DNA of 59,243 nt, taken from the NCBI GenBank assembly GCA_009694925.1, contig SIBX01000001.1, positions 1-59,243 of the forward strand, read 5' to 3'. The translations under genes and the position numbers were made by a program. The notes beneath the pieces were generated by a model. The model made no database searches, was not told the DNA's origin, and worked only from the letters and a program-made list of their open reading frames with translations. The DNA is from Minisyncoccota bacterium (GTDB lineage: Bacteria; Patescibacteriota; Minisyncoccia; UBA6257; 1-14-0-10-40-38). The first letter of the stretch is position 1, and every line of letters starts with the position of its first letter. Positions 42,555 through 51,143 of the stretch are shown here, one piece after another.

Positions 42555-44045
42555 ATGCTTCTAATTAAAAACGCAAAAATTATAGATGGAACCGGAGGCC
42601 TGCCTTTTTTGGGCGATGTTTTAGTTCGCGATGGCTTAATCTCTGAAATAGGAAATTTAAAAAATAGAAAAATAGAACACGTTTTAGATGTTAATGGTCA
42701 ATATTTAATTCCTGGGATTATAGATATAAATACATCCTCAGATCATTATTTTACCCTTTTTAGTGATAAGGATCAGGAAAGTTTTTTAAGCCAAGGAGTT
42801 ACAACAATTATAGGCGGACATTGCGGGGTTTCTTTGGCCCCTTCTTACTCTGGAGAATTTTATGGCATGGAAAATTGGTCAATTCCACATGGCCATAACG
42901 TAAACTGGCACGGGATCGATGGTTTATTAAAAACCATCGAAAAGAATGGCTTAGGTGTAAATTTTGGAACTTTTATTGGCTATAATTCTGTTAGGGGAAA
43001 TATTTTGGGTGATCAAAAAAGAGACTTAACAATAAATGAAATTAAGGTCGCTAAAAAAATAATAACTTCAGGTCTAGAAGAAGGTGCTATTGGAATTTCT
43101 CTTGGGTTAGGATTTATAGACGGCAAATCCATAAGTCACAAAGAGATAGTCGAAGCACTGGAACCGGTTAAAAAAATGGACAGAATATTCTCAGTTCATT
43201 TAAAAAATTACAAAGAAAACTTAGAAAGATCTATTTCAGATATTTTAAACATATCTGAAAGTACCGGAGTAACAACTCTCATTAGTCACCTCAATCCAAT
43301 AATTGGATTTGAAAAATCTTTTGGAAACGCGATTGGTTCTTTGTCTAAAAAATCAAATAATAAAATTTATTTTGATTCTTACGCTTCAGAATGGTCTCTT
43401 CTCCCGATTCAATTCATGCTTCCGGATTGGGTTAAATTTGGAAAAGTTGAAGATATTTTAAATAAAATAAAAGAAAAAAATTCTCGAGAGAAAATAATCT
43501 CAGAAATAGAATATTTTAATCCGCAAAACATTCAAATAGCTCATTCCAAAATACTTCCTCATCTTGAAGGTAAAACAATTGAAGATTATTCAACTAATCG
43601 TGGGATATCTGCTAAGGAGGCAATTTTGGAATTATTAGAAAAATCAAAATTTCAAATGTCTATTTTTATAAAAAATATAAACCACGATTATGCATTGATG
43701 AATTTGTTAGAAAACAACGCCGTTTTATCTTCTAATGCGCCAGGGTTCAATTTTGAAAAATCAGGATTAAATCACGAAAGAAATTTAAATATTTTTTCAA
43801 ACTTCTTTAAGTTTTCTGAAAATTCTAAAAAAATAACCATAGAAAGTGCCGTACGCAAGACAACTAGCTTGCCGGCTTCCATTTTGGGCATAAAAAACAG
43901 GGGAGTAATCGCTAAAAATTTTATAGCCGATATAGCAATATTGGATAAAAATTGGAAAGCAAGAGAGGTTTTTATAAAAGGCAAAAAAGTTTTTTCAGAA
44001 GGAAAATCTCTTAATAAATTAGGCGGGAAAATATTAAAAAAATAA
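42555..44045 (+). CDS. amidohydrolase superfamily protein (D-aminoacylase-like), metal site apparently degenerate
   Basis: MLLIKNAKIIDGTGG...GDVLVRDGLISEIG...IPGIIDINTSSDHY. The usual HxH after the beta-strand is not intact. Confidence 0.65.
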   Translation: MLLIKNAKIIDGTGGLPFLGDVLVRDGLISEIGNLKNRKIEHVLDVNGQYLIPGIIDINTSSDHYFTLFSDKDQESFLSQGVTTIIGGHCGVSLAPSYSGEFYGMENWSIPHGHNVNWHGIDGLLKTIEKNGLGVNFGTFIGYNSVRGNILGDQKRDLTINEIKVAKKIITSGLEEGAIGISLGLGFIDGKSISHKEIVEALEPVKKMDRIFSVHLKNYKENLERSISDILNISESTGVTTLISHLNPIIGFEKSFGNAIGSLSKKSNNKIYFDSYASEWSLLPIQFMLPDWVKFGKVEDILNKIKEKNSREKIISEIEYFNPQNIQIAHSKILPHLEGKTIEDYSTNRGISAKEAILELLEKSKFQMSIFIKNINHDYALMNLLENNAVLSSNAPGFNFEKSGLNHERNLNIFSNFFKFSENSKKITIESAVRKTTSLPASILGIKNRGVIAKNFIADIAILDKNWKAREVFIKGKKVFSEGKSLNKLGGKILKK

Positions 44046-44046
44046 A

Positions 44047-45171
44047 ATGACGCCAATTTCTAATAAAAAAAAATACAATTGGCCAGACATGTTTTTTGTA
44101 ACAACTTTTTTTATATTGGTCTTTTGGGGATTAGTTATTTTAGGTAGCGCATCGTCAAATTTTTCTAATTTAAAGTTTGGCGATAGTTTTTATATGCTCA
44201 AAAAACAAATAATGTACGGCTTCTTAATAGGCCTTCTTGGTTTTTTTATAGCCTTAAAAATACCATATAAAAGTTATAAAAACATAGCACCACTTCTTCT
44301 TGCTGGGTCAATAATAATTTTATCTCTAGTTTTTACACCGCTTGGAGTAACTATAAAAGGCTCTGCGCGATGGGTAAGCTTGAAATTATTTTCATTTCAG
44401 CCATCAGAGGTCGCAAAGTTTCTTTCTATCATATATTTTGCTTATTGGTTTAGTAAAAAAAATATCAGGGAGGCGAATCTCAGGGATGCTTTACCGTTTT
44501 TTGTTATTTTAGGAATAATTCTAACTCTTTTATTTTTTGAGCCAGCTACAAGCGTTGCAATTGTAATTTTTTTATCATCTTGTGCGATTTATTTTTTTGC
44601 TGGTGCAAAAATGAGGCATATGGGTATATTATCCGTATGTATTTTAGCGGTGGTAGCAGGAATTATTTACGCAACGCCATATAGACTTTCAAGAATTCAA
44701 GGTTTTTTTAATAGCGCAGAATTTTCTAAGACCAGTGGTTTTCATATAGGCCAAGCAATGATAGCCATTGGATCTGGTAGATTAACCGGAGTAGGCTTTG
44801 GTCAATCAACCACCAAGCTAAGATTTCTACCGGAGCCATACGGTGATTCAATTTTTGCCGTATTAAGCGAGGAGTTTGGTTTTTTTGGTTCAATATTCAC
44901 AATCTTGCTTTTTGGGCTTTTAATCTTAAGGATTTTTATCCTAGCTAAAAAAATTCCGGACAAGTTCGGTTCATATTTATTAATTGGTTTTGGATCAATG
45001 ATAGGAATTCAAGCATTTATAAACATCGCAGCAATTTCAGGGCTCATTCCCTTAACTGGAATGCCGTTGCCGTTTATAAGTTACGGAGGAACCGCCTTAG
45101 CAGTTTTTATGACTATTTCTGGAATAATAGCCAACGTCTCAAAATATGCGCAAATAAGTTATAATGATTAA
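44047..45171 (+). CDS. ftsW: SEDS-family peptidoglycan polymerase FtsW/RodA
   Basis: FQPSE.AK, PEPYGDSIFAV and ISYGGT motifs, with about 10 TM segments. Sits upstream of murG. Confidence 0.85.
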   Translation: MTPISNKKKYNWPDMFFVTTFFILVFWGLVILGSASSNFSNLKFGDSFYMLKKQIMYGFLIGLLGFFIALKIPYKSYKNIAPLLLAGSIIILSLVFTPLGVTIKGSARWVSLKLFSFQPSEVAKFLSIIYFAYWFSKKNIREANLRDALPFFVILGIILTLLFFEPATSVAIVIFLSSCAIYFFAGAKMRHMGILSVCILAVVAGIIYATPYRLSRIQGFFNSAEFSKTSGFHIGQAMIAIGSGRLTGVGFGQSTTKLRFLPEPYGDSIFAVLSEEFGFFGSIFTILLFGLLILRIFILAKKIPDKFGSYLLIGFGSMIGIQAFINIAAISGLIPLTGMPLPFISYGGTALAVFMTISGIIANVSKYAQISYND

Positions 45172-45173
45172 AA

Positions 45174-46307
45174 ATGTCTAAGATTAGAATAATTTTGACT
45201 GGAGGTGGAAGCGGAGGGCACATGATGCCTCTTTTGGCCGTCGGTGAAGAGGTTTGGAAATATGCAGACGAACAAAAGAAAGAAGTAAAAATGAAATATT
45301 TTGGCGATCCATTAGGATATAGGGATGAATTTTTGATTCGCCGTATTCCAATTTCAAAAATAGCCTCCGCCAAAATAAGAAGGTATTTTGATTTAAGAAA
45401 TCTACTAGATATATTTAAGTTCTTTTTTAGTTTGTTTCAATCTTTTTGGAAAGTTTACTTATTTATGCCCAATGTCTGTTTTTCGAAGGGTGGCCCAGGA
45501 GCTATTTCGGTTATTCTAGCGTGTAGATTCTATAGGATTCCCGTGATTATTCATGAATCTGATTCCATTCCAAGTATGACAACAAAAATATCTTGTGGTT
45601 TTGCTAAGTCAATAGAAGTAGCCTTTTCCTCTATTAAAGATTATTTCCCCGGATGGAATAATATTAAAATTGTCGGCAATCCCGTAAGAAAAATAATTAC
45701 TCGCATAATAGGTGCAAGAGAAGCTAAGCAATTTTTTGGATTCAATCCAGACCTTCCAGTTATATTTTTTGCTGGTGGCTCTCAAGGATCAAACCATATA
45801 AATGACTTTGTTTTAGTAAACCTGAAAAAGTTTTTACAAAAATATCAAATTCTTCATCAAGTTGGAGTTGAAAATATAAATAGCTATAAAGCCGAATACG
45901 AGGTTATGTCGAGAGACTTGCTTCCAGAATTAAAATCAAAATATAAATTCTTTGCTTTTTTTAAAAGCGAAATAGCAGAAAGCTATCAATGTGCCGATGT
46001 TTTCGTCGGTCGCGCTGGAGCAGGACAAATTTTTGAAATAGCCTCTCTAAAAATTCCTAGTATTTTAATTCCTCTCCCTGATTCGGCCAATAATCATCAA
46101 TTCGAAAATGCCATTAAGTACGAAGAATCAGGAGCTTCTCTTACCATAGAACAAGACAATTTAATTCCAGAAGTCTTAATTAACGAAGTTGATAGTATTT
46201 TAAGTAATCCACTAAAAATGAAGCAAATGGAAGATTCTGCCGAAAAATTCTATATTCCAAACTCCGCCAGACTAATAGTTGAAGATATTTTTAGTTTAAT
46301 TAAATAA
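45174..46307 (+). CDS. murG: UDP-N-acetylglucosamine--N-acetylmuramyl-(pentapeptide) pyrophosphoryl-undecaprenol GlcNAc transferase
   Basis: LTGGGSGGHMMP, GGSQGS, RAGAGQIFE, NHQFENA. Confidence 0.9.
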   Translation: MSKIRIILTGGGSGGHMMPLLAVGEEVWKYADEQKKEVKMKYFGDPLGYRDEFLIRRIPISKIASAKIRRYFDLRNLLDIFKFFFSLFQSFWKVYLFMPNVCFSKGGPGAISVILACRFYRIPVIIHESDSIPSMTTKISCGFAKSIEVAFSSIKDYFPGWNNIKIVGNPVRKIITRIIGAREAKQFFGFNPDLPVIFFAGGSQGSNHINDFVLVNLKKFLQKYQILHQVGVENINSYKAEYEVMSRDLLPELKSKYKFFAFFKSEIAESYQCADVFVGRAGAGQIFEIASLKIPSILIPLPDSANNHQFENAIKYEESGASLTIEQDNLIPEVLINEVDSILSNPLKMKQMEDSAEKFYIPNSARLIVEDIFSLIK

Positions 46308-46309
46308 AG

Positions 46310-46375
46310 CCCGTAGTAAGAATTCGGCAAATAAAAATTACTCGCCAAAGGCGAGTAATTGAATTTCACTGCGGG
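46310..46375. repeat. hairpin repeat E3 (GTAGT-hairpin family) at the left edge of island K
   Basis: cccgtagtaagaattc-...attactcgcc-aaa-ggcgagtaat...-gaatttcactgcggg. Starts 3 nt after the murG stop. Confidence 0.6.
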
Positions 46376-46377
46376 AT

Positions 46378-46826
46378 AAAAAAACGGCTCCGAGAGAAGT
46401 GCATGCGACTGTGTCGCAATTACAACCCCCGGAGCCTTACTCGACAACCCTTTCTTCACCTATTGGGGATTCCTATCAGCCTGGTTCGAAACCCTAGCTG
46501 ATCTGATGCCGCCATTGCCCAAAAACGCGGGCGTTCGGTGAACAGGTACGAGAGACTGCTGATCTCAGCCAATTCTCGACGAGCGGGTTATGAGAGCGGG
46601 GATGGTGGCTTGGTTTCAGCCAAGCCGGGGTCCTTTTCCTCAAACGTGACAACCCCCCACTAAGTCGAGAAAAACCGATCGCAATCTCTGTGTCCCTTTC
46701 TGGAGTTGTTTACCCCATAGGAGAAACCTGAGCCAGGCTTGCTTTTTACGAACAGATACACTGGCTTTCTCTGTTCGTTACCGCACTTTTACTCTAGTTG
46801 AGATCACGGCAACTCTCAACCATTAC
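46378..46826 (-). ncRNA. large ORF-less GC-rich structured RNA candidate, about 450 nt
   Basis: A consensus promoter lies at 46833-46861. Terminator ggctccg-(37 nt)-cggagcc followed by g, T7 on the minus strand (46378-46436). Helices 46573-46580/46664-46671, 46607-46613/46620-46626, 46750-46755/46771-46776 and 46797-46803/46814-46820. No internal ORF of 60 aa or more; the only listed ORF touching the interval (46250..46459, minus) merely enters its terminator end from outside. Confidence 0.55.
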
Positions 46827-46832
46827 TCTTCC

Positions 46833-46861
46833 AGTATAGCATACCTAATTTTTATTGTCAA
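46833..46861 (-). promoter_or_regulatory. near-consensus promoter of the island K RNA
   Basis: Minus strand: TTGACA (46861-46856), 17 nt spacer, TATACT (46838-46833). Confidence 0.65.
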
Positions 46862-46900
46862 TAGATATTGTGGAAAACTGCTAAAAACCCAATGAAATAA

Positions 46901-46967
46901 ACCCAGTAGTAGAAATTAGACAGTTGACTCTGTCGCCCTGCGACAAGTCTAATTTTCACTACTGGGT
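46901..46967. repeat. hairpin repeat E2 (GTAGT-hairpin family) at the right edge of island K
   Basis: acccagtagtagaaattagac-(25 nt with gtcgc-cct-gcgac)-gtctaattttcactactgggt. It is the reverse-orientation homologue of E1 and carries compensatory stem changes. Confidence 0.7.
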
Positions 46968-46979
46968 AAGCATTTTCAA

Positions 46980-47008
46980 TTGAAAATTATTCTCTAAAGT
47001 GATACTAT
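46980..47008 (+). promoter_or_regulatory. predicted gltX promoter (extended -10), leaderless geometry
   Basis: TTGAAA, 17 nt spacer ending in TGa, TACTAT, then 8 nt to ATG 47017. No SD. Confidence 0.55.
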
Positions 47009-47016
47009 TAACCCCA

Positions 47017-48489
47017 ATGCCACCTAAAGAATCCAAAGAAATAAGGGTTCGCATAGCTCCCAGCCCAACTGGCTTCTTTCACTTTGGAACAGCTAGAACT
47101 GCTCTTTTTAACTATCTTTTCGCCAAAAAACACAATGGCAAGTTTATAGTGAGAATCGAGGACACAGACAGAGAACGTTCAAAGCCAGAGTATGAAAAAG
47201 ACATCTTGGATGGCCTAAGATGGCTTGGACTTAATTCAGACGAAGATCCAATAGTCGGAGGAAGCCATGGGCCATATCGCCAAAGCGAGAGATTAGATAT
47301 GTATGAAAAATATTTAAAACAGCTTTTAAGCGAAAATAAGGCCTATTATTGCTTTTGTGCATCAGAAGATTTAGAAATGGAAAGAAAAGTAATGATGGAG
47401 TCGGGCATTGCTCCTAAATATTCTGGAAAATGCAGAAGCATTTCCCATAAAGAAGCTGAAGGTAAAATTGAAAAAGGAGAAGCTTCCATAATTCGTTTTA
47501 AAATGCCCGAAGAAAAAATCCGCTTCAATGATTTAATTAAAGGTAAAATTGAAATGGACTTATCTCTATTTGGCGATCAAGTTATAGCAAAAAATCTTCG
47601 TGAACCACTTTATAATTTCGCCGTTGTGGTTGACGATGAAGAAATGAAAATTTCTGATGTAATTCGAGGAGAAGATCATCTTCCTAATACTCCAAAACAA
47701 ATTCCCATACAAAAAGCCCTAGGATTTAAAGAAGTGGCCTATGCCCACCTTCCTTTAATTTTAAATCCAGACAGAAGCAAAATGTCTAAAAGATTTTTAG
47801 ATGTTTCAGTAAAAGATTATAAAGATAAAGGATATTTACCTTCTGCCATGGTGAACTTCATGGCCTTAATCGGTTGGCATCCAGAAGCCAAGTCTGGAGA
47901 ATCAGAAAAAGAAATTTTTACCATAAAAGAATTGATTTCAGAATTTAGTTTAGAAAGAGTTCAAAAAGGGGGAGGAATTTTCAGCGAAGAGAAATTAGAT
48001 TGGATAAATTCTCAATTTATTAAAAACATGGAAGATGTCCATCTTTTAGAAGAATTAAAATTAAGAGGGGATGTTGAAGAAAGCTCTTTAAGCAAAGAGT
48101 CTGTGCTTAAAATTATAAAAAGCACCAAGGAAAGAATGAAAAACTTAAGCGAATTTAAAAATTTGGCTCATTTTTTCTTTAAACTTCCACAATATGATAA
48201 AAATCTTTTAATTTGGAAAAAATCCAACTTAGCCGGAGCGGTTATTGCCCTAAATGAATCTGTAGCGATATTAGAATCTATTAGTCCAGAAAATTTTAAA
48301 AAAGAAGTTATAGAAAAAGAGTTAAACCAATTTGGAGAAAAAATAGGCAAGGGAGATCTCTACTGGCCCGTCAGGGTTGCTTTATCTGGAAGAGAATTTT
48401 CCCCGCCACCACAAGAAATAATGGATATATTGGGTAAAGATGAGTCCATAAAGAGGGTCAAATCTGCTATAGAAAATCTAGAAAAATAA
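47017..48489 (+). CDS. gltX: glutamyl-tRNA synthetase
   Basis: RIAPSPTGFFHFGTAR (HIGH region) and KMSKR (KMSKS). ATG 47017 preferred. Confidence 0.92.
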   Translation: MPPKESKEIRVRIAPSPTGFFHFGTARTALFNYLFAKKHNGKFIVRIEDTDRERSKPEYEKDILDGLRWLGLNSDEDPIVGGSHGPYRQSERLDMYEKYLKQLLSENKAYYCFCASEDLEMERKVMMESGIAPKYSGKCRSISHKEAEGKIEKGEASIIRFKMPEEKIRFNDLIKGKIEMDLSLFGDQVIAKNLREPLYNFAVVVDDEEMKISDVIRGEDHLPNTPKQIPIQKALGFKEVAYAHLPLILNPDRSKMSKRFLDVSVKDYKDKGYLPSAMVNFMALIGWHPEAKSGESEKEIFTIKELISEFSLERVQKGGGIFSEEKLDWINSQFIKNMEDVHLLEELKLRGDVEESSLSKESVLKIIKSTKERMKNLSEFKNLAHFFFKLPQYDKNLLIWKKSNLAGAVIALNESVAILESISPENFKKEVIEKELNQFGEKIGKGDLYWPVRVALSGREFSPPPQEIMDILGKDESIKRVKSAIENLEK

Positions 48490-48490
48490 T

Positions 48491-49759
48491 ATGAAAATTT
48501 TCAATTATAAATTTATTCAGATAGTTTTATTTTTTTCACTTCTTTTTTTACTTGGAACTAAGGCATCTTTTGCCACAACCTCCCTTGAACTTAATTTAAA
48601 AACAGCCATAGAAGATAAATCAAAAGATCTTCAAGAAATAACAAAGAAAATCGAAGAAACTCAAAATCAGCTCTTTGAAACACAGGAAAAAGGAATTACT
48701 TTAAAACAAGCAGTTAAAAAGACAGATACCTTACTTAATCAGATTAATTTAAATATAAAATCAAGCGAAATAAAAATAGACAAACTAGGACTCGAACTTG
48801 AAAATTTAAGCCTTTCAAAGAAAGACAAAGAAAATAAAGTTTTAGAAAAAAAGACTGCTATTGAAGAGCTTTTACGTGAAATAATGAAAAAAGGCAGAGG
48901 GTCTAGTCTGAGATTGATTCTTGAAAGTAAAAGCATTTCTCAAAGTATTTTAGATTCAAAATCTATTGAATATATGAGCAGAAGTCTGGCATCCGAGGTA
49001 AATGATCTAGAGTTGCTTAAAAATGGTCTAGTGAATCAAATAGGGGAAACTGCGGAGAAGAAGCATTCCTTAGAAGGAGAAAAAGTTAATCTTAAATATA
49101 AAAAAAATATAGCCGAAGATGAAAAAAACAATAAGCAATATATCTTAAGCACAACCAAAAGTCAGGAAAAACTATATCAAGCTCAATTAAGGGAATTAGA
49201 GAGAAAACAAGAAGAGATAGCCGCCGAAGTTGAGGCAATAGAATCGGAGCTTCGCTTAAAAATAGATCCCAGTCTTCTTCCGAGCGCTATCCCAGGAGTT
49301 CTTCTTTGGCCAGTTCAGGGTGGTTATTTAACTCAAGGATATGGATCAACCGCCTTTGCTCTTAAAACATATAGAGGCAAGCACCACAATGGTATTGATA
49401 TCGGATCGCCAATTGGAACTCCAGTTTATAGTGCAGAAGATGGAGAAATTGTCTTTACGGCCAATCAGGATAGTTTTTGCAGAGGAGCAGGATATGGCAA
49501 GGTCTTAGTTGTTAAACACGATAATAATTTGACTACTTTATATGGTCACTTATCTCAATATTCTGTTCGCGTCGGTCAGAAAGTTAAGAAAGGCGAAGTT
49601 ATAGGCTATATGGGTAAAACAGGTTGGGCAACTGGACCGCATTTGCATTTTGTTGTTTTCGTTAGTGCAACTTATTATGTAAAACCAACGCGATCTTGCG
49701 GGGCAATGCCGGTTGGAGGAGATTTGGATCCGACTAAATATGTCTCACACGCTCCATAA
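48491..49759 (+). CDS. M23 family peptidase with N-terminal coiled coil (EnvC-like murein hydrolase/activator)
   Basis: Signal peptide, long coiled coil, HHNGIDIG (HxxxD), and GPHLHF (HxH). Confidence 0.85.
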   Translation: MKIFNYKFIQIVLFFSLLFLLGTKASFATTSLELNLKTAIEDKSKDLQEITKKIEETQNQLFETQEKGITLKQAVKKTDTLLNQINLNIKSSEIKIDKLGLELENLSLSKKDKENKVLEKKTAIEELLREIMKKGRGSSLRLILESKSISQSILDSKSIEYMSRSLASEVNDLELLKNGLVNQIGETAEKKHSLEGEKVNLKYKKNIAEDEKNNKQYILSTTKSQEKLYQAQLRELERKQEEIAAEVEAIESELRLKIDPSLLPSAIPGVLLWPVQGGYLTQGYGSTAFALKTYRGKHHNGIDIGSPIGTPVYSAEDGEIVFTANQDSFCRGAGYGKVLVVKHDNNLTTLYGHLSQYSVRVGQKVKKGEVIGYMGKTGWATGPHLHFVVFVSATYYVKPTRSCGAMPVGGDLDPTKYVSHAP

Positions 49760-49774
49760 GCAGTATTTTTAATA

Positions 49775-50722
49775 ATGGAAAGGAATCATTTTCTTCAATC
49801 GCAAGAATGGGCAGATTTTCAAAAATCCCTAAACTTAAATAGGGCTTTTTTTAATTTTAATATGGATGGTCTTAAGTCTATTTATCAAAAAAATAATTTT
49901 CCATTCGGATTTAATTATTTTTATTTCCCTCGCGGACTAATTTTTAAAAAAGAAATTAATAAACTAGAGTTAGATAATTTTATTAATTTATTTAAGCAGG
50001 GGACACGCCCTCTCAATAAATCGATTTCACTCAAAATAGAGCCTAACGAAAATTACTCCAAAGAATTAGAGGATATCTTGAAAAGCTCCGGTTTTAAAAA
50101 GGCAAAATCAATCCAGCCAGAAGAAACTATAATAATAGATTTAGAAAAATCGGAAGATGAACTTTTACGTGAGATGGAGCACGACACTCGTTATGCAATA
50201 AGATATGCAAATCGTCAAGGTGTTCAAGTTATTAGATTAGAAACAATAGAAGATAAAAAAAAGTATTTTGAAGATTTTTGGAATATATTTAAAGAAACAA
50301 ACTCTAAGCATACTCTAAGAATTTACAAAAAATCTTACTACGAAAATTTTTCCAATCTAAATGGAAAATTAAAATCTTACATATATCTAGCCCAAATCAA
50401 TGGTCAAAATATAGCTTCGGCCATCTTTTTGTCCTACGGCAGTGAAACATTCTATATGTTTGCCGGCTCGCGTACAGGGTTTGCCAAGTTTAACGCCCCA
50501 AGCCTGATCATCTGGACCGCCATAAGGGATTTTAAGCTTAATGGCTTTAAATCGCTTGATTTATGGGGTATAAGCGACACAAATGCCAAATGGCTTGGTG
50601 TTACTAGGTTTAAAAGAGGTTTTAGAGGCAAATCTATAAAATACATGGGCACATGGGAATATCCATTAAATAAATTTTATTTTTATTTATTTAATTTAAT
50701 TAAATTTATTTTAAGAAGATAA
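49775..50722 (+). CDS. FemAB-family peptidoglycan interpeptide-bridge aminoacyltransferase
   Basis: FLQSQEWADFQ start, RYAIRYANR and YMFAGS...FNAPSLIIW resemble the FemX/FemAB fold. Confidence 0.75.
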   Translation: MERNHFLQSQEWADFQKSLNLNRAFFNFNMDGLKSIYQKNNFPFGFNYFYFPRGLIFKKEINKLELDNFINLFKQGTRPLNKSISLKIEPNENYSKELEDILKSSGFKKAKSIQPEETIIIDLEKSEDELLREMEHDTRYAIRYANRQGVQVIRLETIEDKKKYFEDFWNIFKETNSKHTLRIYKKSYYENFSNLNGKLKSYIYLAQINGQNIASAIFLSYGSETFYMFAGSRTGFAKFNAPSLIIWTAIRDFKLNGFKSLDLWGISDTNAKWLGVTRFKRGFRGKSIKYMGTWEYPLNKFYFYLFNLIKFILRR

Positions 50723-50872
50723 TTTTTTATTTAAAATAAATCACAAAAGGGTATTAATAGTATAAAAAACAAGAAATCATATTTAGTTAATTAAAGTAGC
50801 TTATCTGTCGCAAAAGGTATATTGTGCGACATGTGATAGGTATTGTTCCCCGTAGAATAAGCGTAGCTTTCC

Positions 50873-51078
50873 AAAAATTAAAAAAGCCCTCCTTACCTCT
50901 TTCGAGCGTAGAATTGGGGCTCCTTCTGATCAGTGTTTCCAGTTGTTGGCAACTTGGTTTCCGAATTGGGTCGCCATAAAGTTTTTAAATCCTTCATACG
51001 CTTCCTTTTCTTACCTCAGAGCCCTAACAACGGCCTCATGCTTGTCGGGACTCTAATCAACTACTTTTCTCGTAGACT
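50873..51078 (-). ncRNA. GC-rich transcript, about 205 nt, downstream of the ABC transporter gene (sRNA, 3' UTR or micro-ORF mRNA)
   Basis: Predicted promoter at 51085-51113. Minus-strand hairpin agcccc..ctc-gaaa-gag..agggct followed by T-rich tail (50873-50921). No ORF of 60 aa or more. Confidence 0.4.
50893..50997 (-). CDS. possible 34-aa micro-ORF in island L
   Basis: AAGGAAG lies 3 nt upstream of the ATG. MKDLKTLWRPNSETKLPTTGNTDQKEPQFYARKR. The stop lies inside the terminator stem. Very tentative. Confidence 0.2.
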   Translation of the reverse strand: MKDLKTLWRPNSETKLPTTGNTDQKEPQFYARKR

Positions 51079-51084
51079 CTTGGT

Positions 51085-51113
51085 TTTATATTTAACATTG
51101 CTCCTTTAGTAAA
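51085..51113 (-). promoter_or_regulatory. predicted promoter of the island L transcript
   Basis: Minus strand: TTTACT, 17 nt spacer, TATAAA. Confidence 0.4.
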
Positions 51114-51143
51114 TATTTTTCTGGTTGATAAAATATTTATTTT

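Noticed and set aside
46378-46826. Identifying the ORF-less islands as tmRNA, SRP RNA or 6S RNA.
   Set aside because: I looked for tmRNA hallmarks (GGGG 5' end, GGTTCGAATCC T-arm and ACCA 3' end) and the SRP domain IV motif (GNRA loop with AGCAGC), and found neither. The GGTTCGAAACC at 46486-46496 does not form a valid T-arm. 6S RNA cannot be recognised from sequence alone. This is left as unknown until cmscan is run.
28818-46967. Interpreting the GTAGT hairpins as CRISPR repeats or integron attC sites.
   Set aside because: There are only three dispersed copies in mixed orientation, with no regular spacer array, no cas genes, no integron integrase, and no clear R'/R'' (GTTRRRY) core sites.
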